DNA of 63,799 nt, the filler included, from Octopus bimaculoides (Eukaryota), in assembly GCF_001194135.2 (NCBI RefSeq). It is 7 parts of 7 records of this genome, joined end to end, with 100 filler letters (N's around TTAATTAATTAA, not from the genome) between each part and the next. Parts side by side here need not be neighbours in the genome. Positions count along the whole stretch, not along the records: positions 25,767 to 55,511 come from NC_068982.1; 6 more parts are not named here. One strand, 5' to 3'. The translations under genes and the position numbers were made by a program. Shown piece after piece: positions 36,520 through 48,765 of the stretch. Within the stretch, counting starts at the first letter, position 1, and each line of letters starts with the position of its first letter. The notes below the pieces were generated by a model. It was not told the DNA's origin. It saw only the letters and a program-made list of their open reading frames with translations, and did not search any database.

Positions 36520-37285
36520 AGCTGTTTCAGCGCCTTGTGTTGAAGACAAGTACTCGATTCCAAGTGGCAAAATAAAACACCTGATACAGATGTCCTTGCC
36601 AAGGCAAGATGAACAAACATCATCGGATCCAACCACTCATTATATCTAATCAGATGCATTGGGCAGGACATGTTGTGCATATGGAAGACAAAATTCCAAA
36701 GTAGCTGTTCTACGCGAGCTGTGCACAGGAAAGCGTTTGCAGCACAAACCAGGAAAAAGGTAAATAAAACCAACCTGAACGAACTCCAAATCGATATAAT
36801 GAGCTGGGAAGACTTGCTTTGGAAAGAGCTGAGTGCGAGAAATGTATAAGGCTACACGAAAGCCTAAAGCATTGGAGCTTCAATGATAACAAAGCGCTGG
36901 AGGTGTAAAACGTGTAGCTGTGTACTCCATTCAAAAGTTGAGTATGCTAAACATTTGAAGTCCCATGAAAGATCGATTGTATGCAACTTTCTTCTTCCGA
37001 GACCAGGTGATTTGATGTGCGTAGTGTGTGAAATGGCTTACACCTCGATTTTGGGTCTGAAGAGATATATATGGTTGTCCACAGAGATCATATCTCACTA
37101 AGTGATGCGATCAATCCAGCGGAGTTACAACTTTTGTCTGCCGCATAAGCTTCAAACCATACAGATCTGTAGCGGGAATGAATAGTCATCTGAGAAGTCA
37201 TGGACGGAAGGTCAGAAATGTCATTGACAACAAGGAAGCTCAGAGAGACTACAATCATCTGTGAAGATGGAGCAATCACCATATG
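36520..37285 (+). mobile_element. RTE-clade LINE 3' end with three C-terminal C2H2 zinc fingers, decayed
   Basis: KWQNK.PDTDVLAK...NQMHWAGHVVHMED..PK.LFY.ELCTGKRLQHKP, then CKTCSCVLHSKVEYAKHLKSH, CVVCEMAYTSILGLKR(HMVVH after frameshift) and FVCRISFKPYRSVAGMNSHLRSH. Confidence 0.85.
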
Positions 37286-37669
37286 TACGTAGGAATACTT
37301 TATTTAATGCACGGTTGCAAACTCTATAAGTTTATAAGTTCCTGTTAAACACACATACACATACGCACGCATTTACACCAACACACACTCATATATGTAT
37401 GTGCATGTGTAGCGATGGCAAAACTTTCCACGTTGTCTACAGATACGAAGTTTAAACATCTAGGAAACAAAATTAAATACCAACAAACCACTTCACCTAA
37501 TAGCTTAAAATGTACACGTACATCAACATAGAAAATTTACTCACGTTCAAGGATCATTGAAAGTGCGATCTGTTAAGTAATTAAAATGAAATATGTTCTC
37601 TTTAATTTTGTAATGGCAACTGGACACATAATGCATTCGTCTGCTAAACATTACAGTAATGGACCAATA

Positions 37670-37996
37670 ATTAATTGGCACTCCGTCGGTTGCGACGATG
37701 AGGGTACCGGTTGATCCGATCAACGGAACAGCCTGCTCGTGAAATCATCGCGCAAGTGGTTAAGCATTCCACAGGCACTTAACCTTAACGTAGTTCTCGG
37801 AGAGATTCAGTGTGACACAGAATGTGACAAAGTAGGTCTTCTGAATTACTGGTACAACTTATTTTTGCCAGCTGATTAGATTGGAGCAATGTGAAATAAG
37901 TGTCTTGCTCAACGATACAACGCGCAGCCAGGAATTGAACTCACGACCTTACGATCGTGAGTCAAGTACCTTAATCACTCAGCCACGCGCCTTCAT
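37670..37996 (-). mobile_element. SINE family C variant, full length with 10-bp TSD
   Basis: TGGACCAATA at 37660-69 and 37997-38006. Head GAAGGCGCGTGGCTGAGTG...GAGTTCAATTCC, box TTGAGCAAGACACTT, and 3' end shared with 63345-63737. Confidence 0.9.
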
Positions 37997-38544
37997 TGGA
38001 CCAATATCAGAGTTGACTAATCTAAAGCACAGACTGTTATGTAGTTTAAAGAAATAATTTACCCGATGTAATTCTACATCCATGTTCGTTTTATTTAGTT
38101 GGTTAGTTATGCATATTTACAAGGTTATTCCCGTTTTTCACTCCCCGTGTTGGTAATCTTGGGCACATAGACATATGTAAGTAGGTCGGTCATATAAATC
38201 TATGAATGCAAGCGATTATTATGTTTTTAACAACGTTTTCCCTTTAAAAAGTAAAACAATCGAGCATCAGTTTTCCAAGGATTTTTATTTTTGATTTGCA
38301 ACATCAGTTCATATTCTTTCGAGATGGGGAGTTGTTTTAACGTGTCCATTTTCCTTTTTATTTTTTTATCTTCTATATGTTGATAATTTTTCCTCTCATT
38401 AGTATAAGTATGTTACATTTAATTGTATACTTTCTATCCTTTGAAGCAACATCCCTTATTCTTCTTGCTGTTTATGTGCTTCGATAGCTTCTCTTTTTCT
38501 AATTATAGTACTGTTGTACTTCAAAGCATGAGACAACGCTTGAA

Positions 38545-39440
38545 TTTTCCGTTGAAGTTTCGCAACAAAAAGAAAATCAGGAAAATCGCCGAGACAGACA
38601 AATTCAGCATCAAGAAACAAAGCGACAAGAGCAAGAATAAGGCAACATGGAGCAAGATTTTGAGAGAAATAAAGTGAGGGACTGGCGACCGACAGGTCAA
38701 CATGGAAATATGTAATCTGTACAGCGACGGGTGTAACGCACTATCGAGAGTCAGTGTAAGGTATGCCGACATGAAAATCCTGTCACTACTATTTGTTTAC
38801 AGAAGCTCTCATTTCAAATTCCTACCACATAAGGCGAATAAAAATGTTCAACAACGCTATGTGAAACTTATGAATGCCATTTGCGGTAATTGCCATGGGC
38901 AAATATGGCTTAAGTAGTAGTCAAAGCCTCCATAACAGAATCCTTTGTTTGTGTTATTTCGTTGAGAAGGAGAAGTAAAATTGCCCCCAGTAGCAATTGA
39001 TGGTTTTATTCACAGGGAATATGCAGATGACAGAATTTCAAAAAAAAATACGTGCGTGCAACTGTGCAATAGCATTCATATCATTAGGTGCACTAAGTTG
39101 TAAAGATTTAATTAATGTAGGTGGAATATATACATACCAGATACAAAACAGGGTTACTTGCAATGGATATTTTACAAGATCCTTATAAAAACCCTGCTTA
39201 TGCCCAAATGTACATTTATGTTCCAGAAATAAAGATGAATAAACGACACTCATGTAACCCACAAAATTCGGAATGAAACTATGAAAGTGTTCCAAGATTT
39301 AATCCAGGAGTACCATCCATTTGGAGTATAGTTGTAACTTATATCAAAAATACATTTTCATATGGAAATCAGTACATCTGTAGGTGAAGATAGCTATGTA
39401 TGTCCGACAACTTCTGAGGTGCTATATTTCGTGGAGTAAG
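38545..39440 (+). mobile_element. Helitron Rep/helicase ORF, N-terminal remnant
   Basis: MNAICGNCHGQIW...GEVKLPP; FQKKIRACNCAIAFISLGA; GGIYTYQIQ; NPAYAQMYIYVPE; ETMKVFQDLIQEYHPF; CPTTSEV. These parallel the Helitron motifs CC..GKV.LP, F...IR.YN.AFAFTSMG, P.FAQLYIYD and PT..EVA. Confidence 0.8.
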
Positions 39441-39852
39441 AAAGGATAAATCCTGTGCGTCATATGTTTTCATATCAACAAGTAGTAGGAGGTGATAGTT
39501 ATCAACTAGTTGCCCAAGCTATATGATCCACTTCTCTTTGTACTTTTGCATTTGGATATTGGATGTGGATGGCGTCTTAGAAAACCTGAAACTCAAAATT
39601 ATGTCAGCTATTACTGGCTAACGGTCTGAGAAAATTATTTTGCTGTGCTACGACATTCTGAAAGATAATACAAAAATATGCAGTGGGCATATATGCAAAC
39701 ATGAAAGAATTACACTGAATTTTTTAATATTAATCATAAAGAGATATATCAGAATTAAATGATTTTACGGACTAATGAGTTAAGAATAATATTTGTTTCA
39801 CCTATTATATACAACATACTTTTTTCATTTCTTTTTCATTATAGATATCATT

Positions 39853-40065
39853 AAGGCGGTGATCTGGCAGAGACGTTAGCACGCCGAGTGAAATGCTTAG
39901 CAGTATTTAGTCTGTCTTTATGTTCTGAGTTCAAATTCCGCCGAGGTCGACTTTGCCTTTCATCCTTTCGGGGTCGATAAATTAAGTACCAGTTGCGTAC
40001 TGGTGTCGGTCTAATCGACTGGCCCTTTCCCCAAAAAATTCGGGCTTTGTGCCTAGAGTAGAAAA
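39853..40065 (+). mobile_element. SINE family B, full length
   Basis: GGCGGTGATCTGGCAGAGACG (A box)...GAGTTCAAATTCC (B box), then GGTCGACTTTGCCTTTCATCCTTTCGGGGTCGATAAATTAAGTACCAG (Meta/MESC-like core as recalled). Confidence 0.92.
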
Positions 40066-40129
40066 GATTATAAATATCATTTTTTTACTACAAGCATTAA
40101 TCTGTTTACATAGCTGCTTTGTAATATCC

Positions 40130-41240
40130 TAGTTCATCATTTCAAAGTAAAGCTAGCGAAGTATCTGTCAAGATGACGTGATTTTTCCATAACATAGTCT
40201 CATGAATGAGTCATCGTTGAGCACCTCATACATGTAATCCATTTAAGCCATTTTTGACGATGAAGCGATTGAGCGCAGAACCACTGTTAGTGGCTGAGTT
40301 AAAGCTAGAGAAGCAGATAAAAAGAAAACGGCATTTAATTCAATGTCCTCAGCAAGGTCAGATGACCAAGTGAGAAGAAGAAATTATTGAAATGAAGGTA
40401 GGTTGGAATGAGACGGGAGGTAGAGCACATTACGATTGAGCTTCCTTCTACAAGCCATCTATGATGTTCTGCCGTTCTCCCGCATTCTGCTGAGATAGAA
40501 AATAACGAATGACTACAAATGTAGATGCGGAAAATTCGGCACGCTAAAGTATATTCTCATTAACTGCTTAATAGCGTTGGAAAGATATACATAGAGACAC
40601 AATAAATTCCTCTGAATTCTCTGTAGCACCGCTTAGAAGCAGATGGATATGATCGATGGCGGCAAGAAACCACAGAAGAATGGCAGTCGAGATGATCACC
40701 CAAACAGTTATGAATGACAAGAACTGGGGTGAAGTTTGGGAGGTGGCAGCAGATCTTATTGGATGTGAACGCCTCTTTCCAATACCAACAAGGAAAAAGC
40801 CGGATATGACAATATGGTTGAATAAAATGTTTTACATAAAGACAATATAGACGCGATGCAGGTTAGGAAAGATGAGCTTTATGAGATGCTGCTAGAAGAC
40901 TATACAGATGCTGGCTGAAATGCAGTGCACTTTCCTGCAGAAGTAGGATGTAGGTACTTTACGGAAACCAGACTGAGGCGCTAGCTATTATCAAGTGGTA
41001 TTAAACATCGGCAAGCAAATACCATCTTGAAAGAGATTCAGATGACAGAGTGAGCATGCCAATGGATATGGCTGAAAAAGAATAATGAAACCTGGCTGGA
41101 GAAGTGATAATCCCCAGATGTACTTGAGGTCGGATACTTGTCAGTTGAATAAGCTGGTGGAGATCTCACATCAGCGGTGGAGAGCGGTGCGCTGTAAAGC
41201 TGGCGAAAGAAACGCTAATGGCCCCTGAAACTCCCTGGCA
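40130..41240 (+). mobile_element. NeSL/R2-like non-LTR retrotransposon 3' part (CCHC knuckle and restriction-like endonuclease), decayed
   Basis: SFLLQAIYDVLP...YKCRCGKFGTLKYILINC...RYT*RHN; PTRKKPDMTIW; RKDELYEMLLED...AG*NAVHFPAEVGCR; QWIWLKK. This follows the RPD...ELTVPWE...K..RY...FPVEVGCRG pattern. Confidence 0.82.
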
Positions 41241-41985
41241 TCCAGTATGACTTCACATGTTGTTTCCAAGTATGCATTCAACAATACAAAAGGGAACATC
41301 GAGAATGGCCCTAAGCCTGTGTGTTTGTGCATGCGTGTGTGTGTGTATGCGTGCGTGTAACTTCTTAATAACATGGAAAAGCTTAGGTGTAAATAGTATT
41401 GCAAGTCCGCAATATAACAATGTAAAAAAAGTAATAGAAAATAAAGTCACTCACGATGCATGATATTTTAGCCTTATTCCCACACTCAATGAATGAACGA
41501 CCATTATTTATTGGTGAAATAAAAGTAAAAGAGACGAATGAAATTATCAATAAATGAAATACACAGAAAAATAAAGGGATGAAGAAAACATTGATGAGAC
41601 ATTTTGATTTTTCCTTACAAATAGACGAGTGTGTCTCTTGAGAGGACCATGTAAGACATCTGACATTAATTGGAGATAATAAATTTTGAAAAGAATTTTA
41701 ATGAGAGCCTCATTATCTGACGCAAAGGTCTGTATGATTATAAAGCTATCAAAATGTCTCTTTAAATCTAATCGCGCAAGAAATTTTTATCAAAATTAAC
41801 AGGGTTCTTGAAATCTGAAGATGACGTACTTGTGTAGAGGAACAGTGAAGGCTACAAAAAATTGTTTAATTACGATGTATGTCTGTTATATTTCCCATCC
41901 TCCTCGATGATGTCGCTCAACTGTTCCAACCATTTTCTCTCTCTCCTCCAAACACACACGCTCACACACTCTCTCTCCCTCTCCC

Positions 41986-42024
<39 letters not shown>

Positions 42025-42717
42025 AATACAATGCTTTGAAATCAATAAAGATAAAAACAATGAGCGAACGCTAAATACACTTTACATAGCCGAGACTTCT
42101 TGTTGAGCAGTTTTGGCTGAGTAAAGTCTGTTTTTCTCAAGATCAAATCTTATTTCTGCATTGAACAGCTGGAAACTCTTTATAAAACCTAAATGAGTCA
42201 CGCAGTGGAGTAATGCTTTCACCAGAATTGTAATTTTTATTACACTTAAACTCATGTATGAGCCTGACAAGATGACGAGGCTAAGTTGCATAGTGCCGAA
42301 TCAAACTCTTGTTAAATTAAATTTGAGTAGGTTTGTATGTTAGAATACACATGGTGGTTTTGCACATATGTGTGATTGAGGACATGCGCGCAAAGGAAGC
42401 TCGCAATGGTTTTTGGACTGGGTGGGGAGGAATGGATGAAATAATCTGATATATCTGAGACAAACCAGCTACGTTGAGAATACTTGTTTCTTTATTTAAG
42501 CCATACCCAAACCACAACATTTAAGATCTCCACTGCAAGCTAATGGAACAATCGTACTTCAGATAGTGATCTATATTACACTCTGTTATCTATCTATCCG
42601 TTGTATCTACTTTCCTCTGTCGATCCCAGTAAATGAATATCTACAACGTCACTCGATCTGCTAGAAATATCAATCAAATTAGCAACAAATCCTGCTATGC
42701 TGTCTTTTAATATAACG

Positions 42718-42897
42718 GGTTTCAAATTTTGGCACAAGGCCAGCAATTTCGGAGGAGGAGTTAAGTCGATTACATCGACCCCAATGCTCAACTGGTACTT
42801 ATTTTGTCGACCCCTAAAGGAACTTAGAACGTAAAGACGGACGAAATGTCGCTAAGCATTTTTCACAGCGTGCTAACAATTCTGCCAGTTCACCGAC
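42718..42897 (-). mobile_element. SINE family B with internal deletion
   Basis: GTCGATTACATCGACCCCAATGCTCAACTGGTACTTATTTTGTCGACCCC...TTCTGCCAGTTCACC. Confidence 0.85.
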
Positions 42898-42910
42898 TTA
42901 TGCCGTCTTG

Positions 42911-43330
42911 TCTATATATATAAAACATAGGATGTGTGTCTACCTGTGTGTTTGTCATGTTGTTAAAACTCGAGATCCACCAAACCAATTTTAATGAAAT
43001 TTTATACATGCATTACATAGAGTCCATGGAGTGTCATGGACCAAAAGAATTTCAACTTCTTGCCTAATGCGGGCCCAGAGGCAAATAAACCGCATTTTAA
43101 AAGCATTTTCGCCCTGTTAAGCCTTGTAACTTGAAGAGTATCCAATCGCTTTCCCCAAAATTTGCAACAAACATTAATCCGGTCTTCGAAATGCTGTTCA
43201 CTAAAAAAGATTGCACACCCACCCCCCAAAAAATGCAGATTAATCAGATTTGAGTATACTGCACTGGGTTTTATCCTTGTTTTAGGCCATTTTCCGTCGA
43301 TAAAATATTGACACCACTTATGCATTATAA
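42911..43330 (+). mobile_element. Non-autonomous Helitron/DINE-1-like element, 5' part
   Basis: Starts TCTATATATATAAAA...GTGTGTCTACCTGTGTG...ACCAAACCAATTTTAATGAAATTTT. No 3' CTRR identified; right boundary approximate. Confidence 0.55.
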
Positions 43331-43449
43331 GTAGCATATATTATATCATGAAAACCTATTTGTCCAATTTGCCAGAGGAAATGAGAGCATTAGAATTTTT
43401 GTCGGTGTCCTGTTGATGCTTCATGTTACCATCCCGCGCACCACGGGGC

Positions 43450-43494
<45 letters not shown>

Positions 43495-43765
43495 GCGTGT
43501 GTGTGCGGCTGGGTAAAGGCACAACAAACCCATACGTAGATTCTCCAGAAGTACCCTGTTGATGTTTCACGTTTCCAGTCCTGCGCAACACAGCATGACC
43601 CGGCAGCATGTCTGCTTTCTATGTCATCCATGTCTGAACTATATGCTGCAAAACGTTCATACAAAAAAATAATAAACTGCTATTGTGACTCACAACCATT
43701 TGAGATTGACCGCGTGACCTCTTCCGGAAGCTGTTCCCTCCCCCGTTTAGTCGGACGAGTAAATA

Positions 43766-44261
43766 CAAGGTGTCCCAGAATTAATGATTATTTGAGTGAA
43801 ATCGGATGTATTTTCCTATAACTCACTTTTATTTATGTTTATCATGTTCAATATGTGTTAAAAGTGTATAAATTTTGAACTTTGTTTATAATTTTATTTT
43901 CATTCCTGTTGGACCCCCTTATTTGTCCATGACAGCTTTTTTTTCTTTTTTTTTTTCTATTTGGCAGAAATCATTTTCTTTACCTCCATCTCCAAGATGG
44001 AGCAATCGTTTAACTGAGCTTCAAGAACACATTCAGTTAGCATTGCAGGAGCTAACTCCTGAAATGCTTCAAGATGTGTTTCACAATGCTAAGGAGAGAT
44101 TTGAAGTATGCAGGGATACAAACAGGTTGAAAATTTTCTATAAAAGTTTGACGTAAGATTTATAAATCTATTTGTTTTGGTAATAAACACAAAATTCTGT
44201 CAGTTTTTTAGAAAATTTGTTCAATTTCATTGAAACAGATTGTAAATTCTGGAACACCCTG
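43766..44261 (+). mobile_element. Internally deleted Tc1/mariner element (MITE-like) with both TIRs and TA TSD
   Basis: TA|CAAGGTGTCCCAGAATT ... AATTCTGGAACACCCTG|TA. Internal remnant LTELQEHIQLALQELTPEMLQDVFHNAKERFEVCRDTN. Confidence 0.9.
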
Positions 44262-44398
44262 TATGGTGTAGCACTGTTAGTTGTTGTGTTGCTCGAGTAA
44301 ATATTAAAATCAAAGATCTTCTCGCCGCAAACATCCCATCTTTTTGTTAAGCATATTGTATCAAGGAGTATATTATCCAAATTGCATCTTACCTTTAT

Positions 44399-44520
44399 AG
44401 GCGTGGCTGTGTGGTTGAGAAGCTTGCTTTTCAACCATGTCGCCTTGGGTTCAGGCCCACTGTGCAGCCCATTGGGCAATTCTTTTTCATTGCAGCTCCG
44501 TGCCGACCAAAGCCTTATGT
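44399..44520 (+). mobile_element. SINE family A, 5' part
   Basis: GGCGTGGCTGTGTGGTTGAGAAGCTTGC...GGGTTCAGGCCC...CCGACCAAAGCCTT. Confidence 0.8.
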
Positions 44521-44696
44521 ATTATATAATTGCCATTACTGTATTGATATATGAAATAACACATACAACTCATTATTGTCATATAATAAACAAACTGAAG
44601 TTCGTGTATGAAATTGATCCTTTTTCAACTTCAATTATTACATGTTTTGTTTTGTTTTGTTTATCTTATAAAATACATACATACAGGAGGAGTAAA

Positions 44697-44782
44697 TCTA
44701 TATATATATAACAACGCTTTGAATGTGGCTGCCGAGAAAGTGTGAAAGTAATTACTCGATCAACGTCGATTATTACTGCTAG
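44697..44782 (+). mobile_element. 86-bp minimal non-autonomous Helitron
   Basis: A|TCTATATATATATAAC...TCGATCAACGTCGA (subterminal palindrome remnant) TTATTACTGCTAG|T: 5' TC, 3' CTAG, inserted between A and T with no TSD. Confidence 0.7.
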
Positions 44783-45133
44783 TAATATAATAAGAGATAT
44801 TCTGGATAATGTAATCGTGGAATACGTCTGGTAAAATAAGAGATAAACATATTTGGCAGTGGACTGCTAAAATTGTTACATTACCAGAAAAAATAAACCT
44901 TGCTGTATGTATTTCGAATCTCTGCGTTCTAGGTTCATATTCTTCACCTTATTGGTACCTCATCAATACAGGATTATTGCTTTCATAGCCTTTCTAAAGA
45001 CTTGATTCAAAATAATGCATAATTGATTACTTTCGTTGGCAAACGGGCTTGTTTTTGTTATTGGTTGAGAGAAAATGGAACTGTGCTTTTAAGATTGAAT
45101 TGAAATAGCTTCCAGCTGGAATATTCAATATAC

Positions 45134-45182
45134 AACAGTCTCCATTTCCCGGGCAATATTCGTTTGTTTTATCTTCATCAAA
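45134..45182 (-). CDS. Candidate 49-bp exon, unassigned
   Basis: Very long polypyrimidine acceptor ...CTCTTCCTTTTCCTCTGCGTAG and donor GTT|GTATAT. Frames FDEDKTNEYCPGNGDC or LMKIKQTNIAREMETV. Confidence 0.22.
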
Positions 45183-47610
45183 CTACGCAGAGGAAAAGGA
45201 AGAGCGTGATGCAATAGAATGAAAAGTAAATAAAAATAACAAATGTTCTCCCTTCTTTTATGTGTAAGCTGAAGCGATCTTCCTAAACGGAAATATAAGA
45301 CGAATTTTGTTATATTAACGTCAGCTATTATTTATTAACTACAATAATTTGTCCTTGAAACTTTCCACTTCAAAAAGGCCATTCTTCTTCAATATCATAT
45401 TTATTTACCTTTTCTCTCCCGTCTTTGTTTATTTCTTTCTTCCTTTTTCATATCTTTCTTCCTTTTTCATATCTTTCTTCTCTGCTATCATATGAACTCT
45501 GTTTAACAATACTGAAGACAGGATATATGATACTGCAATACACAATTATGAAGAATTTTCATTGAAAAATATTTATGAAATCATTTGCTTCACTAGGGAG
45601 CTCAAAGATAGCATTTATTTTTTTTACTCATATTTTATTTATATAAAAAAAACGTGAATGTAACCGAATGATCGAAACTTCTGCAACAGAGTTAATTCTT
45701 CGACGCAAGACGAAAACATAATGGCATTGTTCTCTAAAGCAAAATAGAATCAAAGGGAGTCTCTAAGCAGCTGCAAAGTCCTCTAGGAAACGCAGCGAAA
45801 TTCCCTTCACACCATACTCTACAATTTTAAAAAATGGACACAATTTGGATATATTTTAGGAAAGTAAGATAACATAGTCTACAGAATTTTCCTCTAAACT
45901 AAAGAAAAAGTTCAGAAAGAAACTTTATCGCACAACGAAACAGTCGTCACTGTCTTAAAGTAGTACCAGAAAATGTGGACTATAATACAGAAAGAACTAT
46001 TATCAGGCTTTAAGAGAAAGGATTCACAAAGATGAAATACTCTACCACACCGGCTCTCACCTACATGACGAAATAGATTAGATTAAAGGTATTTTCTCGG
46101 ATTAGAGAAGGATCAGAGTTTTCTAAATTGTTCATCCTCCCTGAGTAATAATCTTTAATATTTCAATGCTATACACCTGCTTGGTATATCGTTACTTTAT
46201 TCGTCAATCATAATTCTAGATTTTCTGTCTCTTCATATATATCATAAATATACATCTATATGTGTATGTGTACAAGTAATTTTATGCTTGTTTATATCTA
46301 TAACCTTATATTTTATTGCTTACACTGTACAGTAACGAAATTTAAGATGGCTATCGTTCTTGTAATTATCATGAAGGTGGCTGTCAATCTCAATGAATAA
46401 CTACACTTAATATATATTTAGACATCGTCATTTCCTGTCGCTCCTCCAAATTCGAGAATACAAGTAACATTTATTTATACTAGGTCTATTGCTTAGTGAA
46501 AAGAAATCAGTGTTAACAATATTATTTATTTTATCATTATTTATGATCATGTTTCCAACAAATTTACGTTAGTTTCTTCTACACCACTCAATGTACTTCT
46601 GTTTTCATGGCGTATTTTCAGCATTGTCACTGGGGAATGTAAATTTATGTTTATACGCAACAACTGTTCTGCTTTGTTTTGTGGAGGGATTCTTCTGTTG
46701 TGTAAAGTACATATTTAATGTAAGTTGTGTTCTTGGCTGTAGAATGTGTGTGTGGTATTTACTGTATGATAGGTATCATATGATTTTAGTGTCAGACGGC
46801 AATTGTACAGAATATATGATGCACGGGTGGCAAATATCAAACGTGTAGAATGTGAGCTGTGTCAGTTATTAGTGTTCTAGTGTAGGATATTGACTGTGTG
46901 AGATCTTTTTTTCTTTTCTTATATTTTCAAGTACCAATGATATCGGGAACGTGTTGTGTGCAAAATGCACAGTTTTAATTGTGTCACTGAATTAATGGTG
47001 CCTTGTATACAATGTTGTCTGTGGTTAGTAGAAATTTTGGTACCCCGATTCAAGATAATCTCCCCGTATAGGAGTGATTTGGGATAATGTCTACGAATAC
47101 CGAAATGGTTAAGGTAGTTTTTAGGGTAGAAATGGTTTGGGATAATTTCTACATAGAGAGAAATGCTTTCAGCCGGTACTACCTGAAATGCATGAAGCGA
47201 GACGAAACAGTTCCCCATGCAGTCAATTGTTCAACATGACCCTGTTATGTTGATCGAATATTATCGATGTAAAACAGATCAGGCTATGATCCGAATCCAT
47301 CCTAGAAACGTAAGCAAATATTTCCTCTATCTAATAGCTGTGACGAAATTGGTGGATGAAATTTATATTGTTAGATATAAATTTTCCTCTTCCGTGAACT
47401 CATAAACTCCTCTCTCATAAACTTATCTTCAATGGTGAAATCCTTATAAACTTCTTAAGTGTTATTTCTGAGTCAAAAAAATAAGTACCTGACTTGTGTT
47501 GATGTCAATTCAACGGATTATATATTTTCTCAACGCGTTTCTCTTCTTGTGTCAATGAATTAAAAAAAAAACATTGCTGTTGTCAGTTGATGATGATGTT
47601 GTTGTTGTTT

Positions 47611-47647
<37 letters not shown>

Positions 47648-48261
47648 GCCTCAAGTCAACTCTATGATCAACAATGTGTCAATTATGGCAATTCTCTATG
47701 TTTCTCCACCAGGAATGATATCGTTCAGTGTCCATCATTTATTTAAGAGATTTGAATGATATCTCAGTGAATGTTGACCACTTTCTCTAGCAGATCGCGC
47801 AACCAACAGAAGCTCCCGTTGGTGGAGAACGGAGTGAATTTTGTGTTTGCTATGTTTATAACATTTCTTTGTTAGTTTGGTTAATTTGTTTTTCGTTTTT
47901 GTCTTTTGTTTCTTCCTTTTCCCCTCACTCATAGTTTGTTGACATCTTGTAACGCTAATTAGCAATGAGCTCTTGGTATGTCGAGGTTTGATGTTTTTAT
48001 CTTTAATCTTGACATTTCTTAACACTCCAGTTGAGATCGTCTTTTTTCACCTCACAGTCACATACCAATATTTCCAGCTTTTAATGGTGCTGTTTTGTAC
48101 AGTATTGTCTTTTGTTTCTATTTTTCATGTTCCAATTCTTAGTTTTTTGTGTATTTTTCTAGTTTCAAGTTATTGATATTGGAATGCTTTATTTTTTTCG
48201 TTTTTTAGTCTTTTTTGTTTTACTACGCTATTATTTGGTTACTTTCTTGATGTTGTTTTAG

Positions 48262-48360
48262 CAGATTCGGTTAGAGCATCATATAAAATTAGCTACGCCT
48301 CCTTACGTTCCATGTTCAAATTCCGCTCAGGTCGACTTTGCCATTCATCCAGTTAAGGTC
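48262..48360 (+). mobile_element. SINE family B, decayed 5' part
   Basis: GTTCAAATTCCGCTCAGGTCGACTTTGCCATTCATCC. Confidence 0.7.
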
Positions 48361-48684
48361 TGTTATCGATATAATCAACTGTTCACTCCTCGAAATAAAT
48401 CATTATAATTATCATTGTTACTAGCATCTATTTTTTTATCCATATTTTCATTTCTCTTCTTGAAATAAAATTTCAAGTTATAATTTTCTACAAACTCACT
48501 TTCTCTTTCTAGCATCCTTTCTGTCTGATTTTTTTCTTCCCACTTTCGCTTACAGTTTTCTTTTGTATTTTCTCTACATCACATTTATTTTGATTTTTCA
48601 CTCATATTATCAGCCCTATCATGTATTTAACTTCTCCATTTTCTTATATTTCCCTTTAGACAGTCGTCGTTTATTTGTAGTTAC

Positions 48685-48765
48685 CTTCTTCAGAATCTGT
48701 CGGTTCATATTCAACCGCTGGTTCGACCCTGAATTGGTCTTCTAAGTAGCATTGCCCTACTCCAC
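48685..48765 (-). CDS. Candidate 81-bp phase-1/1 exon, unassigned gene
   Basis: GC-richer island in AT-rich flanks. Acceptor CTAATTTGCAACTAG and donor AAG|GTAACT. Translates GVGQCYLEDQFRVEPAVEYEPTDSEE. Confidence 0.35.
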
